Part shown: one piece after another, positions 1-13,500 of the stretch
How positions within the stretch are numbered: position 1 is the first letter of the stretch
Layout: every line of letters starts with the position of its first letter
Assembly (NCBI GenBank): GCA_035084275.1
Contig: CM068743.1
Location: forward strand, 101,680,001-101,744,000
Length of the DNA: 64,000 nucleotides
From: Hydrolagus colliei
Taxonomy: Eukaryota
Direction of reading: 5' to 3'
Notes under the pieces: model-generated
Told to the model about the DNA's origin: nothing
Seen by the model: the letters and a program-made list of their open reading frames with translations, nothing else
The model's database searches: none
Position numbers and translations under genes: made by a program

Positions 1-16
1 ATACAAATGTAGTTTT

Positions 17-685
17 ATCCGGTCCGTCATCAGCACTGCCTTCTACCACCTCCGACGGATCGCCCGTCTCCGGCAATACGTCACCTTAAAAGCCGCCGAA
101 ACCTTGGTCCACGCCTTTGTCACCTCTCGGCTGGAGTATTGCAACGCCCTCCTCGCCGTTCTCCTCTCCACCACAATCCACAAAATCCATCTTATCCAGA
201 ACTCTGCCGCCCGCATACTCACCCGCTCTAAGCTTCGCTCCCCCATTACCCCAGTCCTTGCCAGACTTCACTGGCTTCCTATCCCAGAGAGGATCAACTT
301 CAAGATCCTCACCCTTGTTTTCAAATCCCTCCACTCCTCTGCACCCCCCTATCTCTCTGATCTCCTCTCCCCCCCAACCCAGCACCCGCTGCCTTCACTC
401 CTCTGGGTCTGGCCTCCTCCATGTCCCCCGAGTCCTCCGCTCCATCCTCGGCGACCGTGCCTTTAGTCACTACGCCCCGAGGCTCTGGAACTCCCTTCCT
501 CACTCGCTTCGCCTTGCCCCCTCTCTTTCCAGTTTCAGGTCACAGCTGAAGACCTTTCTCTTCGACTGAGCTTTTGATCACCTTCCTGCCCCGGTCCCGG
601 GATCCGCTACTGTGAAGCGCTCTGAGACGCCTTCTGGCGTGGAGGGCGCTATATAAATTGAAGTTGTTGTTGTTTGTTGTTGTTT
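17..685 (+). mobile_element. L2-clade LINE 3' fragment (ORF2 C-terminus, 3' UTR, (TTG)n tail), relatively young
   Basis: LVHAFVTSRLEYCNALL...IQNSAARILT...LHWLPIPERINFKIL, a frameshift, then RAFSHYAPRLWNSLP...LKTFLFD*. CpGs are retained and the element ends in a gttgttgtt tail. Confidence 0.9.
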
Positions 686-872
686 GTGTCAAATCATACC
701 AGTGTTAAGCGCTCTAAAATGCTACCCTGTGTGATGGGCACTACATAAATGCAGGTTATTGTTGTTGTTCTTGCGCGATCTTGAAGTCTGACTGTAGTCT
801 TGTTTATGTGGTCAGGTGGATGTTACAGAACCCACAATATGGTTAAAAAATAAGAGAGGGATTCCTCTGGTA

Positions 873-1186
873 CAGTGATTCTCAACCTTTGTCAGTAATG
901 TACCCCTTGTTAATTTTCAACATTATCGTGTACCCCCACCCAACCACATACACACACACACCACCCCCCTCATTCCACTTGCATTTTATGACCAAGTTTT
1001 TCTTATATAAGAAAATAAGTAGCACATATACAACGAGGGAAATAACAGTTAAATGTACAATTTGGAAGGCTATAAAACGCAAAATAAGAAAGCTAAATAA
1101 ATCAATGTACCGCCACCTGTACCCCCTGGAAATAATTTTGTATGACCTGGGGTACACGTACACGTACACCTGGTTGAGAACTGCTG
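873..1186. mobile_element. hAT-Charlie-like MITE, 314 bp
   Basis: TIRs CAGTGATTCTCAACC / GGTTGAGAACTGCTG. Flanking 8-mers are CTCTGGTA (865-872) and CTCTCGTA (1187-1194). Confidence 0.85.
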
Positions 1187-3354
1187 CTCTCGTATCCTGA
1201 CCAGTAATCCTCAGTTCATTGCAATTTCTGGGAGCTTGTGTTGCCATGTTTGACTGCCATGTTTTTCCTCCAAAAACAGTCACTACACTTTGACAATAAT
1301 TACTTCCTAAGTGTTTTGAAGTGGCCATTTCAACATTAAAAAAATGCTAGTCCTTTCATTATATGAAAGAAGCACTTTCAGTCGAGAAGTAAAAACTGAC
1401 AAAAGAGATGCATTTGCAGTGCACAGAGCATATCCAACTTACAGATTGCTAACAGTTGACTCCTATTGTTAGTGCGGGGCATTGAGGACAGGTTAGGCTA
1501 CCGGTTGCCTTGGGCTCACATGCATAAGATAGTTTGTTGTGCATGTGAAACTACTTGCTCACGTTTGACATTTGGTTACATACCATCTTCCTTTATATAA
1601 TTTTTTAATATTGCAGTATAACTTCCTAAATGGTTTAAAAATATGCTCATGTTTAAACTTTTTCATCTTGTATTTTTTAACCTCTTTGCTCTCTTTTCTG
1701 TGAGATTCCCTGTCTTCCCACATCTCCATATTTGTAGTATCTGCTCTTTAACTCTGTTTATGTTACCTGTCATTCTTCATCTGAGGAGGCAACCAGTAAC
1801 ATGCTCTACTCCTAGGTCTCTGCCAAAGCCAGTTCTGAGGCATTGCTTGATAGAAATCTGAGCTGACTCACTCAATGAATCATTGCCTTCCTTCACTCTT
1901 TCCCACGGGGTAAACAGCTTGATCCAGCTTGTTCGTTCACCCAGATGAGATAGTCCAAGACTCGGACACACTGTATGAGGAGTTACCCAAACTACCAACT
2001 ATGGGACATGCCACAATTATTCATTGATGTGCCCTATCAGAGAAGAGTCTTACTCTCCCTCTAAGGAGATGGGGATAAACCTAATCCTGCTTTATTAGGC
2101 TCCCTTTTTCAGTTAAAATGATTAAGACAGTCCAGATCACAGAATCCGTAGCTGCTATCATTTGCACTCTGGTTACTGAGATGCATGCCTCCATGGGACC
2201 AGTGTGTAATTTTTCTTTCCTGCTGAGGTTATGTCCACCAGCTTCTTTTGTCTGCTGGTGCTTAGATATTTTCAGGGAACAAGTTTAAATGTAAATCAAC
2301 TGCAGATTGGGTTAGGAGCAATACGGAGGTCTGAGTTTAGCTGCGAGGTTTACAAGGATGGAAACAAAAATAGTTTCTCCACTGGATTTGTGGAAATAAC
2401 TCACAATTTTGTCAGTGATGTTATTTGACTTTTGACTGAACCTTCACTCCACAACCCTCCCTCACTCACCCCATCATTCAAAAAAAACCTCATGTCAAAT
2501 ATATTGCTGAGGATAGGCAATTTTATCATCATTGTTTTTGACAACCGGATTAAAGTTTCTGCTGGTTCATAATTGGACAGTACAATATAATAGCATTATA
2601 CAAATGTAATTTTGTATTGTATTGCACATTCATACTGCACCTTTCATGTCAGAAGTGTATAAGAACATTCAAAATCAAACTTCGCAGCATGAATTTGAAA
2701 TATGATAGATTTCCCTTTATAAGCTCATATCACTGTGATTGATAAATTTATCAGTAGAGGGTAGAATAAGATAACCGTGACCCACCTAGATTGGTAAATC
2801 TAACCCCAATGCTAAATCACTTTTATACTCCTTTAAATGCTTTTGAGAGGGAGAAACTTTAATATGTTTTAGAACTTCTCAACCTGAGTAATTGAAACAG
2901 GATAACAGCAACAAAATCTACAACGACAAAATTACATTTATAGAGCGCCTTTCACATTGGGAGGGCAATAGAAGAGCACAGAATGGTTTGTGTAGGCTAA
3001 TCCGATAATGGTAGCGTTTATTGCCATTTGTTACTCAAGTCCTTATTTTCAATTGCTGCCTCAGCACCAGCGAGGCAATTCTACATGTTTGCAGAGAAAC
3101 GGCAGGTAGATGTTCTTTCATCCGCACTAAATTAGTCATCAGTCATTGGGGAGTGTGAACAGTCCTAGCACAACCAACCATAAAATGGTAATGGTGCCCT
3201 AAACTTAAAAAGAACAGGGACTTTCTCCAACTCATCCAGTGAGAGGAAAAACAAGTTCTGTTGCCAAAGCTTTGATGAGAGAGTAGATCTTAGTTGAATA
3301 AATAATGGGAAGCTCCCAAGAATTTTTGGAATGACCAATATTTATTTTTTCTTG

Positions 3355-3600
3355 CCAGGTTCCACTGGCTTCCTATTGCAGAACAGATCAATTTCAAGAT
3401 CCTTGCACTTGTGTATGAATTACTTCATGTCCTGGCATCTCCTTACCTCTCTGACCTGTTTACACCCTACTCCTCTACCCACGCTTTCCTCATTCCACCT
3501 CCTACTTGTCTCTTGTCTGCTCCCCTTCAACATCAGCAGCTGTGCTTTCGGTCGCTTAGCCCCGAGAGTCTGGAACTCTGTGCCTCAATCCCTCCTCCTT
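3355..3600 (+). mobile_element. Decayed L2 LINE fragment
   Basis: ccactggcttcctattgcagaacagatcaatttcaagatcc and tctggaactct are homologous to the 17-685 copy. Confidence 0.75.
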
Positions 3601-3699
3601 ATCCGTCATCAGATCAGGGGGTGGAGGGAGGAGGGGAATCAACAGGAATGATCTATCCTCCTTTAGGGAGAGGTAAGTGGCGTCTCCTTGTAGCTGAAT

Positions 3700-3990
3700 T
3701 GGCTCCAATATGACATGCTTGGCAACAGAATATCAGAATTAAGCTGATCCTCTAAGGCAGTGTGAGTACCTGAGCCAGGCGGGTCTGCAATATTCCAGGG
3801 CACTGCTGGCAGCACAGCCAGCCTGGCTTATCAGCAGGACTTGAAAGGGCAGACCAGTCACTGGTGGTAGGGACTCTTAGCTTCTATTAACCCTACAAGA
3901 CAAAGAAAATGGGTTGAGTGGTCCTAATTGGATAAGTAGCAGGAAAAATTGCCAGGCATTGCTTTCGATGACAAGTTAGCTGGTTAGATT
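3700..3990 (-). repeat. Copy of unclassified dispersed repeat (family also at ~5090, 32980, 37470, 42285, 56240)
   Basis: The reverse complement shares cttgccattgagaacactgtctgg / ctggtctgccc / ccaggctggctg / cctggctcagg blocks with the other copies. Confidence 0.65.
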
Positions 3991-4169
3991 CCAGCAGTAC
4001 CGTAACGCACACTCGGGGTCCCAAAGCCTTGGCTCTTGCCAACTTGTTTCTAATACTTGATGGAATTAGGTAAGCAGTTTGCTCCAGGGATAGAGTGTGC
4101 ATTCCATTCGAACAAACATCTCTGGAATTTCCTCATGTAGGTGGGATGCATGTAAATCTCAATATGGTG

Positions 4170-4890
4170 TGGATTGATCCTCAATTGTCTTTCCTCCCCC
4201 ACATCCAAGATATTACCTGCTCTGCCTTCCCTCACCTCTGCAAAGTTGCCAACTCCGCCATACATCACCCCTCAGGCCGCTGAAACTCTCATTCATTCCT
4301 TCATCACATCCTTGACTACTCCAACGCCCTGCTTGTCAACTTTCCCAATTCCTCCCCCCATAGACTGCAGATAATCCGGAACTCTGTGGCCCATTTCCTC
4401 TACTGCTCCAAGCTCTGTGACCCCCATTTCCCCATTCTTGCCCGATTCCATTGACTCCCCATCTCCCAGAGGATTCAATTCAAGATCCTGGTCCTCACTT
4501 TCAAAGCCCTTCATGGCATCACCCCACCCTACCTCTGTGACCTCCTAACCCCCCTACCAACCTGTCCATCCCCTATGCTCAGCAGGCTCCAGCCTGCTCC
4601 ATATCCCCTGACCCTTCCCCCCGCTCCATTGGAGGGTGAGCCTTCAGCCACTCTGCCCATAACCTCTGGAATTCCATCCCGCAGTCTCTCTGCCTCGCCA
4701 CTCCCCAGGCTCCTTCAAGTCCCGCCTCAAGACTCTTCGATGGTCCCATCAGTCACCCCAAATCCCCTCCTTTCCCTCCATCCTCCCTGATCCCGACCCC
4801 AGCTTGGGTCTGAAACATTGTTTGTCCAGCGCCTTGGGACATCCTCCCGACGAGAAAGGCGCTATACAAGTGTAATTTTGTTGTTGTTAT
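4170..4890 (+). mobile_element. L2 LINE 3' fragment with (TTG)n tail
   Basis: AAETLIHSFITS remnant, cccagaggattcaattcaagatcc block, and tail gcgctatacaagtgtaattttgttgttg. Confidence 0.85.
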
Positions 4891-7009
4891 TGATCTTCTT
4901 AGGGATGGTGAGAGATTTCTGTAGGTGTCGGACACCTGGCTGACCAAAGAAAATAGGGGTAAGCTGATAGGAAAGTGATAGGTGAGATAATTGGCAGTGT
5001 GGAATTCAAAATTGCGTAAGCCCTATGTGGTTTTCTCAGGATTTTAATTTCTGAGGCACCATGTCTGCAATATTTCAAAGCATTGCTAATGACAGACTAG
5101 CCAGCCTGGCTTGTCGACGGAACTTGAAAGAGTAGACTATTCACTGGGGGCAGTGATTCTTCCCACTCGGATCCTGTTGGCACTGTATGTCAAAGCCCCA
5201 GTGGGTCAGTTGGTTCGAGCTGAATATACAGTGGGAAGCTTGACAGACACTACAGTACTTCCAATGGCAAGCAGGGTGCTTTCCTCCATTATATTCAATT
5301 TGGAGAGAGTGCACATTCTATTTCATATACAGGAATGCATATTTGGATTGCAGTCTGGTTTAGATATTCTTAACCTTAGTGATGCATTTTTTAGCATGTG
5401 TCAGGCACTTAGCTGACCAAAAAGAAAAATTCAAATTCTAGCAAAATCCTGTTTAGTTGGACTCACTTGGAGAGTATTGCTTGCTTTGCTATCTCTAGTT
5501 TATTGCATTGCATTGTGCAGCATGCCCGATGCTGCCCTAACGCTTCCAGCGTTTAATGGAGATTTATGCTGATGGCAATTCACTTGAAAGTTGCTATCTT
5601 GCAAAAGTGGTCCTTTTAATTCCTTCAGTACGCATGTGTTACTGTTGGTTGACAGGAAGTCGCTTATTTTGCTGTGGATTTCTCTGAAGTAAATTAAAGC
5701 AGTCATTTAACAGATGTATACATTAGCATGAAAACACTCAAAGGTGCACTCCTAGCATCTTTAAAGTTGTTACTCAGCTTTCAAATTTGAAGACTTAATA
5801 CGCTGTCCTGTTAAAAACAAGAATCATTTAATCCTTCTTGTATGCAATTCTTCAGTTTTCAAATCCTTGCATTTTTGCTGAATATGTAACATAGACTTTG
5901 TGCCATCTGTTATATATTTGTTTTGGTAAACTGGGATGTTCCACATCAATCCTGCTGGCTGAGCTGAGAGTTGATATGCAGCAGTAGTGCCCTGTTGATT
6001 TTGCAAGAGATAGTTTTTGTTTGCTTGGCATTCTTAGACTGCTGGAGATGGGGTAAAAATGTTCAAACTGTGTAGATCCTTTGCATGAATGGTGTGTGAG
6101 AAATCATACATGCCATCGCTTTTACAGCATTTGCATTATTTGCTTCAATAAACAATTGTACAGGTGGTGACGATGATATAACTAGACCATGCCATAGGTG
6201 TTACAGAAAGATAATAATATAATAGTTATTGCATTTAGTATAGCACCATTCATATTGACAGGCTGTTCCAAAGTGCTTCACAGGATATATTATTAAGGGC
6301 AGTGAATATCTGGTTTGCAGGCAAACACAACAATCGGTTAGCACACCGCATTACAGATGATGTATTATCTTGTGTCAGAACACAAGCGATACTGATATGC
6401 TTGCCCAAACTGCGACGATTTCATATTTTGTAGCACGCAGTCAATACTAGGTGCCAGAGCTATATTCTAGAAGTTGCATAAATGCCACAAGTTATTTGCC
6501 TGATATCTCAGACTTGATCTTTGTCATTAGCTAATGTTATCAAACGTTTAAAATTGCTTGGCATTCTCATTATCTTGTTCTCTTGCTATGATCAGTACCT
6601 TATGGTGAAAATGAATGGGAAGAACAATACTGAATAGACATTATTCCAATATGCCAAGTAAGGTAGGGCACTGAATTATTCTTCACTAACTCTGCTTTAC
6701 CAGATGATGGAATATTTTCCTTATGAGCAGTTTGAATGGAGAATCCATCAGAAGAAAGACAGAATGATGTTGTCTTGACCTGTTATTGAAAATCAAAAAA
6801 TTGATCATTTATTCTATCAGAGGTGTTGTTGAGTGATATTACCTGGTAAGAGTTGTCCTATCCATGATCAGGCCAAATTAATAATAACAACAATATCAGT
6901 TTGAATTTATATAGCGCCCTTCATATGGGGTAAGGTCTCTGAAGTATTCCCAGAGCAAATTAATATTAGGAGATACTATCAGCACTCAGAATTCTTCAGT
7001 AATCTTGTT

Positions 7010-7300
7010 ATGTTACGTTGCTCAGTGGTTTGAGGACTTGCCTTACAAGCTAGAGACCTGGGTTCAATTCCAGGGTGAAACCTTGGGCAAGTTTTATTCC
7101 ACACGTCTAATAATCCCTAAAAAATACAATACTAAATTATCATTTCAATCCACAACAGTTTGTGAGACACTGCTATGCACAATTGGCTGCCGTGTTTCAC
7201 CCACGTATATAGTCAATTTACAGTATATTCCGTGAAGCGCTTTGAGACATCTAGAAGATGTGAAAAGCACTATATCAAATGCAACAATAATTATTATTAT
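7010..7300 (+). mobile_element. tRNA-derived SINE with LINE-like 3' end and (ATT)n tail
   Basis: A-box-like gctcagtgg and B-box-like ggttcaattcc. The 3' end reads gtgaagcgctttgagacatctagaagatgtgaaaagcactatatcaaatgc...attattatt. Confidence 0.85.
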
Positions 7301-7397
7301 TCAGCTCTTTTGCATGGATAAACCCAATAATTCCTCAAAATCCAGTGGTACATCAAAATTCAGTTTTTTTTAAAAAAGTGCAGCTTTGTACATAATA

Positions 7398-8116
7398 ATA
7401 ATCCTTGCGGTTGAAAATAGCACCTTATCATAAGGTTGAACCGTTTCAAAGGGCTTGATAGGATCTACTGTAATGCGTGCATTTGCAGGCCAATGTGGCA
7501 GCCAACTTGCACATAATAATATCCCACAAAGAGCCATGAGGTGAATGACCAATTTTATCTAGGGCCAAGAGAAACTCCTTTCTGTTTGAAATAGTGCCAT
7601 AGGACCAACCGAACTGGCAGATGGGATGCTTAATATATCATCCGAAGGACATTACCTCTAGCAATGCAGCACTGCCCCAGCACTGAACCACGCTGTCAAC
7701 CTTGACTATGGAGTGGAGTCCTGTAGGTCAATGGTTAGAGCACTGGCCTTACAAGCGAGAGATTTGGGTTTGATTCCAAGCAGGGCGAATCCATGGGCAG
7801 GTTTCCTTACTCCACACGCCTGATAATAATCCTTCAATAAACAAATCGATAATTAATTGGTAATTTTAATCCACGACTGTTTGTGGGACACTGCTGTGCG
7901 CAATTGGCTGCCACATTTTGGCCATAAATATGTAGTCAATTCACTTTACAGTATATTCTGTGAAGTATTTTGAGATGTTTAGAAAATGTGAAAAGTGCTA
8001 TATCAAATGCAAAGATTATTATTATAATTATTATTATAGACTATGGGTTCAAAGTTACAATATAGGGCTGCAACCACAATTCTCAGAAGCGAAAGTGCTA
8101 CCAACTGAGCCAAGCA
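7398..8116 (-). mobile_element. Older tRNA-derived SINE (possibly Deu-domain/SacSINE-like), split by the 7712-8038 insertion
   Basis: Minus-strand head gcttggctcagttggtagcact, central ...gtgctgcattgctagaggtaatgtccttcggatga..., and tail caaggattattat. The family assignment is from memory. Confidence 0.6.
7712..8038 (+). mobile_element. Full-length tRNA-derived SINE nested in an older SINE
   Basis: Same family as 7010-7300. Flanked by the direct repeat GACTATGG (7704-7711 and 8039-8046). Confidence 0.85.
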
Positions 8117-8991
8117 GCCGGAAAGGTTACAGTTAATTTAATCCTTAGTAACTCTGATATTTTTAAAAAGCGGTTCTCACAGTGACATTTACTATTTGTT
8201 AACCTTTAGAGCGATACCAATCAACACTGCTCTGCTCTGAGTCCACTGAAATAACTCATCAGACAATACAAACCCCTAACAACATATTTAAAACAAATAG
8301 TTCATCATTGTTTTGACCTATCCCTTCAGCAGAGGGATATGTCAACCATCAGCTGATTGGCTCCAAAAGTCCATTCTATCAATCGGGGTATTCACAGCCG
8401 TTGATACCAGCTCACAGAGGTCATGGGGGAAGGGGGAAGGAAAGGTTAGATTCTATAATCATTGCATGTAGTTAATCACATCCAATAATGCAAAACACAC
8501 TTTGAGATGTCTAGACAACGTGAAAAGCACTATATCAAATGTTATTGTTATTATTAATTATTACACCTCCAGCACTGAATTGTCGTATCATCTTCAACGA
8601 TGTGTGTCCCAATATGGGGATCCACAACCTTCTGAGTCAGAGGCAAGAGTGCTACCACTGCATTACAACAACAATAAAACTACACTTGTATAACACCATT
8701 AGATGGACATATGCAATTCAAAATATTGCATTAAAAAAAGTTGGAGCAGACTGAGTAAAGAACAACTAGGGTACAACAAAAGTTAATAAAAAATAAAATA
8801 ATAATTGTGCCATGTTATATGGGATCTAAAACTGAAAAAATTATCGTACCTCTTCAAAGGTAACAAATATAAAGTGTAGTGACTGCATGTTTTTTTTTAG
8901 CTAACAAGGCAGTCAGTCAGTCTGTGGACAGTAATGTCCCACAAACAGCCCTGAGTTGAATGATAAATGTTTTAATTAACATGAAGGACAT

Positions 8992-9165
8992 TAGAATCAT
9001 AGAATTTTACGGCACAAAAAGAGGCCATTCGGCCCATCTAGTCTGTGCCGGCTCTTTGAAAAGAGCAACTCAATCCCACTGCCCTGCTCTCTCCCCATAA
9101 CCTAACAGATTTGTTCTCCCTAAATAAAGATCTAATTCTCTTTTAAAAGCTGTTATCGAATTGAC
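8992..9165 (-). mobile_element. CR1 LINE 3' end
   Basis: tagaatcatagaat tail (ATTCTATG-type repeat on the minus strand) followed by gaggccattcggccc. Homologous to 54556-54700. Confidence 0.8.
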
Positions 9166-10311
9166 ATTAACATGATACATTTAGGTTTTTTGTGATTCTC
9201 AGCAAATGTTTCACTTGCTGGATATTCATTGAATCATTGATTCTGGATCAGGTTTATGATAATCCCTACATTTGGTCTAACGCATTTCACATCAGGAGAA
9301 CATCTGAAAGCGCTTCAAGGGATATACTGTGACTGTGTGTTTTATTGGCTGTGACACCTTTGGAGTTGAATAGCCTGACCGGACATGTCGTTAAGGCTCT
9401 GACATGAATTATGGTCTCTTTGATAAACTATTGAAGGTGTTTCAGACAGAACCTGGGTCTGTATATCCTAGGGGGAAAGGAAACGGTCACTGGAGAGGAG
9501 AAAACAGAGAGGAGAGAAAATTGAAAAGGTTAAACCAACCAAGCAAGCAATATTAATTATTATTAAATTTGATTGTTTTGAGAGGTGATTGCACACAATT
9601 AATAGGTGACTTCACACAGTTACTGCTGCATATCAGGGGCAGTGTAACTACTATAGAACCCGAAATTTCACCTAGAATGATCCTGTAAGACTACTTTGTC
9701 CGAACATTTCTGATCGCACAGAATTAAATCTAAAATCTAATCAATTTAAAGTTCATTCAAAATCAAACTTGCAAATTAAGACAAAATTCAAGAATTTTCA
9801 TCAATTTTGCCTGATTTTAAACGTTAAGAAATAATGATCTTGCAGGGTAGGACAAGATGGAAATACACATTTCATATTTTATTATTCATATTGATAAAAG
9901 AGCTCTGGCAAATTTAACCCTAACCTTTAAGGGGGTAATAGGACTCCTTCCTCTTATCCCCACTAGACAATCAGAAATGGTAATGTTGCGAGACACTTTT
10001 GACGTGCACCAGCAAACAACAGAAACACTTTTCTCCCCTCACTGGATTATGAAGGAAGTTAGTTGTTGTCTATCTTACTACTGGTCTAGTTTGGTTGTTG
10101 ATTGCATCTCTCTCTTTGCCCCCACCCTCCCACAAATCTGGAAAGTCAGGGCAAAATGTACTTAGGCTCCAAGACGTCTAGCGTAAAGGGTACTGTATAA
10201 ATCCAAGTTGTTGTTGTACCATATGTATCAGGATCTGATGATCAATCTGTTCTGTACTAATAAATTTGCAGTTCCACAGAGTAACCCATAAGAATTTTTC
10301 TAAATGATAGC

Positions 10312-10564
10312 TCATAATCCTTGCATTTGTATTTGGTATAGCACTTTACACATCTTATAGATGTCTCAAAACACTTCACAGAATATACTGTGAAGTGAAT
10401 TGACTATATTTGTGGATGAAACACGGCAGTCATTTGCGCAGTATCTGACAAACAGTCATGGATTAGGTATGTGGAGTAAGGAAACTTGCCCAGGGTTTGC
10501 CCCTGCCTGGAATCAAACCCAGGTCTCTCACTGTGCTCTAACCACTGAGCTACAGGACTCCATA
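10312..10564 (-). mobile_element. tRNA-derived SINE (family of 7712-8038)
   Basis: The reverse complement begins tggagtcctgtagctcagtggttagagcac...gggtttgattcc and ends with the shared tail. Confidence 0.85.
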
Positions 10565-13500
10565 TTAGCAGGGCCGTCTGTAGGAAGAGGCCAGCATACA
10601 CCAGTCAAGCCCACAAAGGGAGAGAGGGAGAGACATATCAATGATAAGTCAACTGTGCTGCTCTCATGTAGCACCTGAGCACCTTCTCAGGAAGGGAATG
10701 GTCAATTGTGCAAGGATTATTGCAGATAAAATAATACTGTACATACATAATCAAACAAGCACAATTTATTGTATGTTGTCTGGTTATTTACGTGTGTGTC
10801 TACGTGTGCTGATGTGGTTGTACATGTACCAATGTAATCTGTATGGGTGACACCCACTAGATCCTCTTTTCATTGCTTCCTACTGACTCTACCTGCTATT
10901 CAACCTGAGAATTCTATGGTGGAGAGTCCCAAATGGCATCATCTGTGCAATGAAGGAACAAATCATTGCCCTTCAGCACAAGCACACAATACAGGCACGT
11001 CTATCCATTCCAATTGAGAAAATCTTATCGCAGCAAAACGTTTTTTACTGTTACAGTCAAATGTCGCAACTCAGAGTTGTTACCCTATTCACTGATAAAG
11101 TCAGAGGTCACATTAACAGATTCAGAGCAGTCGCTGTGTTTACTGCCAAACAATCTGAATTTCCCACAATTTTTAAAAATTGCTCAGTTTATTGTGTCAG
11201 GGTCAAAGTGATAGTTTTGGCCAGAAGCTGTTTCTTAAGTTAAACGTTTTAGAATTCAATATACAATGCTTGAAGTTGACTCGGGTTACAATGTATATTT
11301 ATCTTTTAATTTTTTTTGTTGCTATTCATATTTGCCGGCTTTGAAGTTCATCAGTCGATCTATTACCTGCATTGATTCTATGACACAGTACATTTTCACT
11401 AGGAAATTAGCCAAATGAAAATATATTCCACTACATCAGTCATCATCCAAAAACTGGATTTTTGGCCAGTGGCCAAAACAAGTCTCTATTAATTTAATCC
11501 AACACTAAATTTTGATTTAGTTGCTGATTTTATAAAAAATATTCCGTTCACATCACCAGTTCATGTGAATGTTGCCATCTTTATGCTGAAATGGTATAAT
11601 TATGTTCAAGGATTGCTTCTCTTCAGTCTACAGTGCAAGATGAAATCACTAATGCTATATTTTTTCACTGAAAGATATGCAAAAACACTCTGCTCCCAGA
11701 CTTAGCATTATGTGGAGCAAGAGACCTGATTTATGCTTAGTTTCACAAGCATTGAGCTCTGAGATCAGGTGTTTGTTTTTAATGTTATTAAAGAGTTATT
11801 ATTTAACGCACTCTAATAACTTTACAAAATAGTCCAGTGAAAGCTCCCGATGCCATTTGGATGACTTAAGAGCTTTCAAAGGAAGACAGGGTCAAAGCCC
11901 TGTGTGATTCACTGCTGCTGTGTTTTTGTACTGCAGCCGATATGAATCGCATTGCTCCAGAAAACAGTTAGCAAGGCTGCAGTGAGATTCATACTGGATC
12001 TATACAACCCTCTTTATATTGCATATTATGCAGAGATAATAATCAGCATAATTTGCTATGAAGTGTGCAGTAGAAAATATCTGCCATTGTTCTAGTATTT
12101 TGCGGCTTGTTAAAACCCCTTACACTCTGTGACCTGGTAGCCTGTGGTGAAACTGCTGGTGCCACATGCATTAGTTGTGTTGATCGGTACTCACACCTAT
12201 TCAGATTAAAATGCACCAGGGAGACTTGGTGAGAAACTGAGCAAGCTTCCCACCAGAAACACATCTGAATATTGGAAGGTGGAACACAAGGTGTGTGGTA
12301 AGGGAGGGAAAAGGGATAAAGAGAAAATAAAAAGATTGACTGTCTTTCTTTGATCCAATATGAGTGTGTGTGTGTGCCTTTATGTTTACTGTGCACAACA
12401 CATGATTGACACTGGATATCATGGATGATTGCACAACCCATTTTGCTTGCCCTTGCAATAGGACATGTGGAGGTGGCCAGTAGTGCAAGGAGGAAATATT
12501 TTTAGAATAATAAAGTTAAAAATTTTTCAATTGGATGTTCTCCTGAGGGTTTTTTTTTTCTGTGACACATTTTTATCTGGCCTTCGTGTATTCTCGTATG
12601 TTCTTGAAATGTGATTCTAATGGAAACATGGATATAACTGTGTGTAGAAATGCAGTCATTATGTTAATTGCCTGCAAGTGAATGCAAGTCGCAGAGTCTA
12701 GTTGACTGGGGAGTAAATCTTGCTCAAACTCCAGCATTGCCGTTGAATTACTGGATGTGATCTGAGAGAGCATTTACTGTGTTATTCTAATAACTGATCA
12801 AAGAAAAATGCAAATTGCCAAATAATGCCTGCTCTATTTAGTCCTGTTCTTTAGCCCATTTTACTGCTATCATCATGTGTTTTCAGTCCCTAACCCTACC
12901 CCTAACCCTAACCCACAGTGCATAAGGGATCCCCATATTCAACCAGGTGGAAAGATCGAATCAGCTAAACTTTAGGAAATATTGTACCGTTTGGCAACTC
13001 AACTCTAATGGATTACTCCCTATGAATGCCTAGCCACACAATAAAATCCAACCAGTACTCCATATAACCTGTCCTTCGTGAAAAAGTAGACTGGAAACAC
13101 CCTCTCATTCCAACTAATCATTTTAGCCAGAGAAGGTGTTTTTCGGAATTATCTATAGACAGTCACTAAACTTGATCGCAATGCCCAGTGAAGCACTTTG
13201 GGATGTGGTGATGTTTTAGATACAATATTAAACATAAGGATGGGACACCCTCCCGATGCGAAAGGCGCAACACAAATGTCATTTTGTATTGTGTTGTATT
13301 ATTAGGCTCATTAATGTGATATCACTGTGGATAACCTTAGGTGACAAGCTGCAGTCCAATGGGAAACACTACCGATTTAAGGCCTGACGTTACTTCAGTA
13401 ATCACCTCTCCAGCTCAGACCCATGCTTCCTGAACCCTGTTTGTTTGTCCTCCTATCGTGAAAGGCACTATACAAGTGTAATTTTGTTGTTGTTGTTGTT

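Noticed and set aside
7010-7090. tRNA gene
   Set aside because: It is a degenerate tRNA-like head continuous with a SINE body and tail, and is multi-copy in the window.
12888-12913. Interstitial telomeric repeat (CCCTAA)~4
   Set aside because: Only about four imperfect units, which is too short to imply a fusion or telomere healing.
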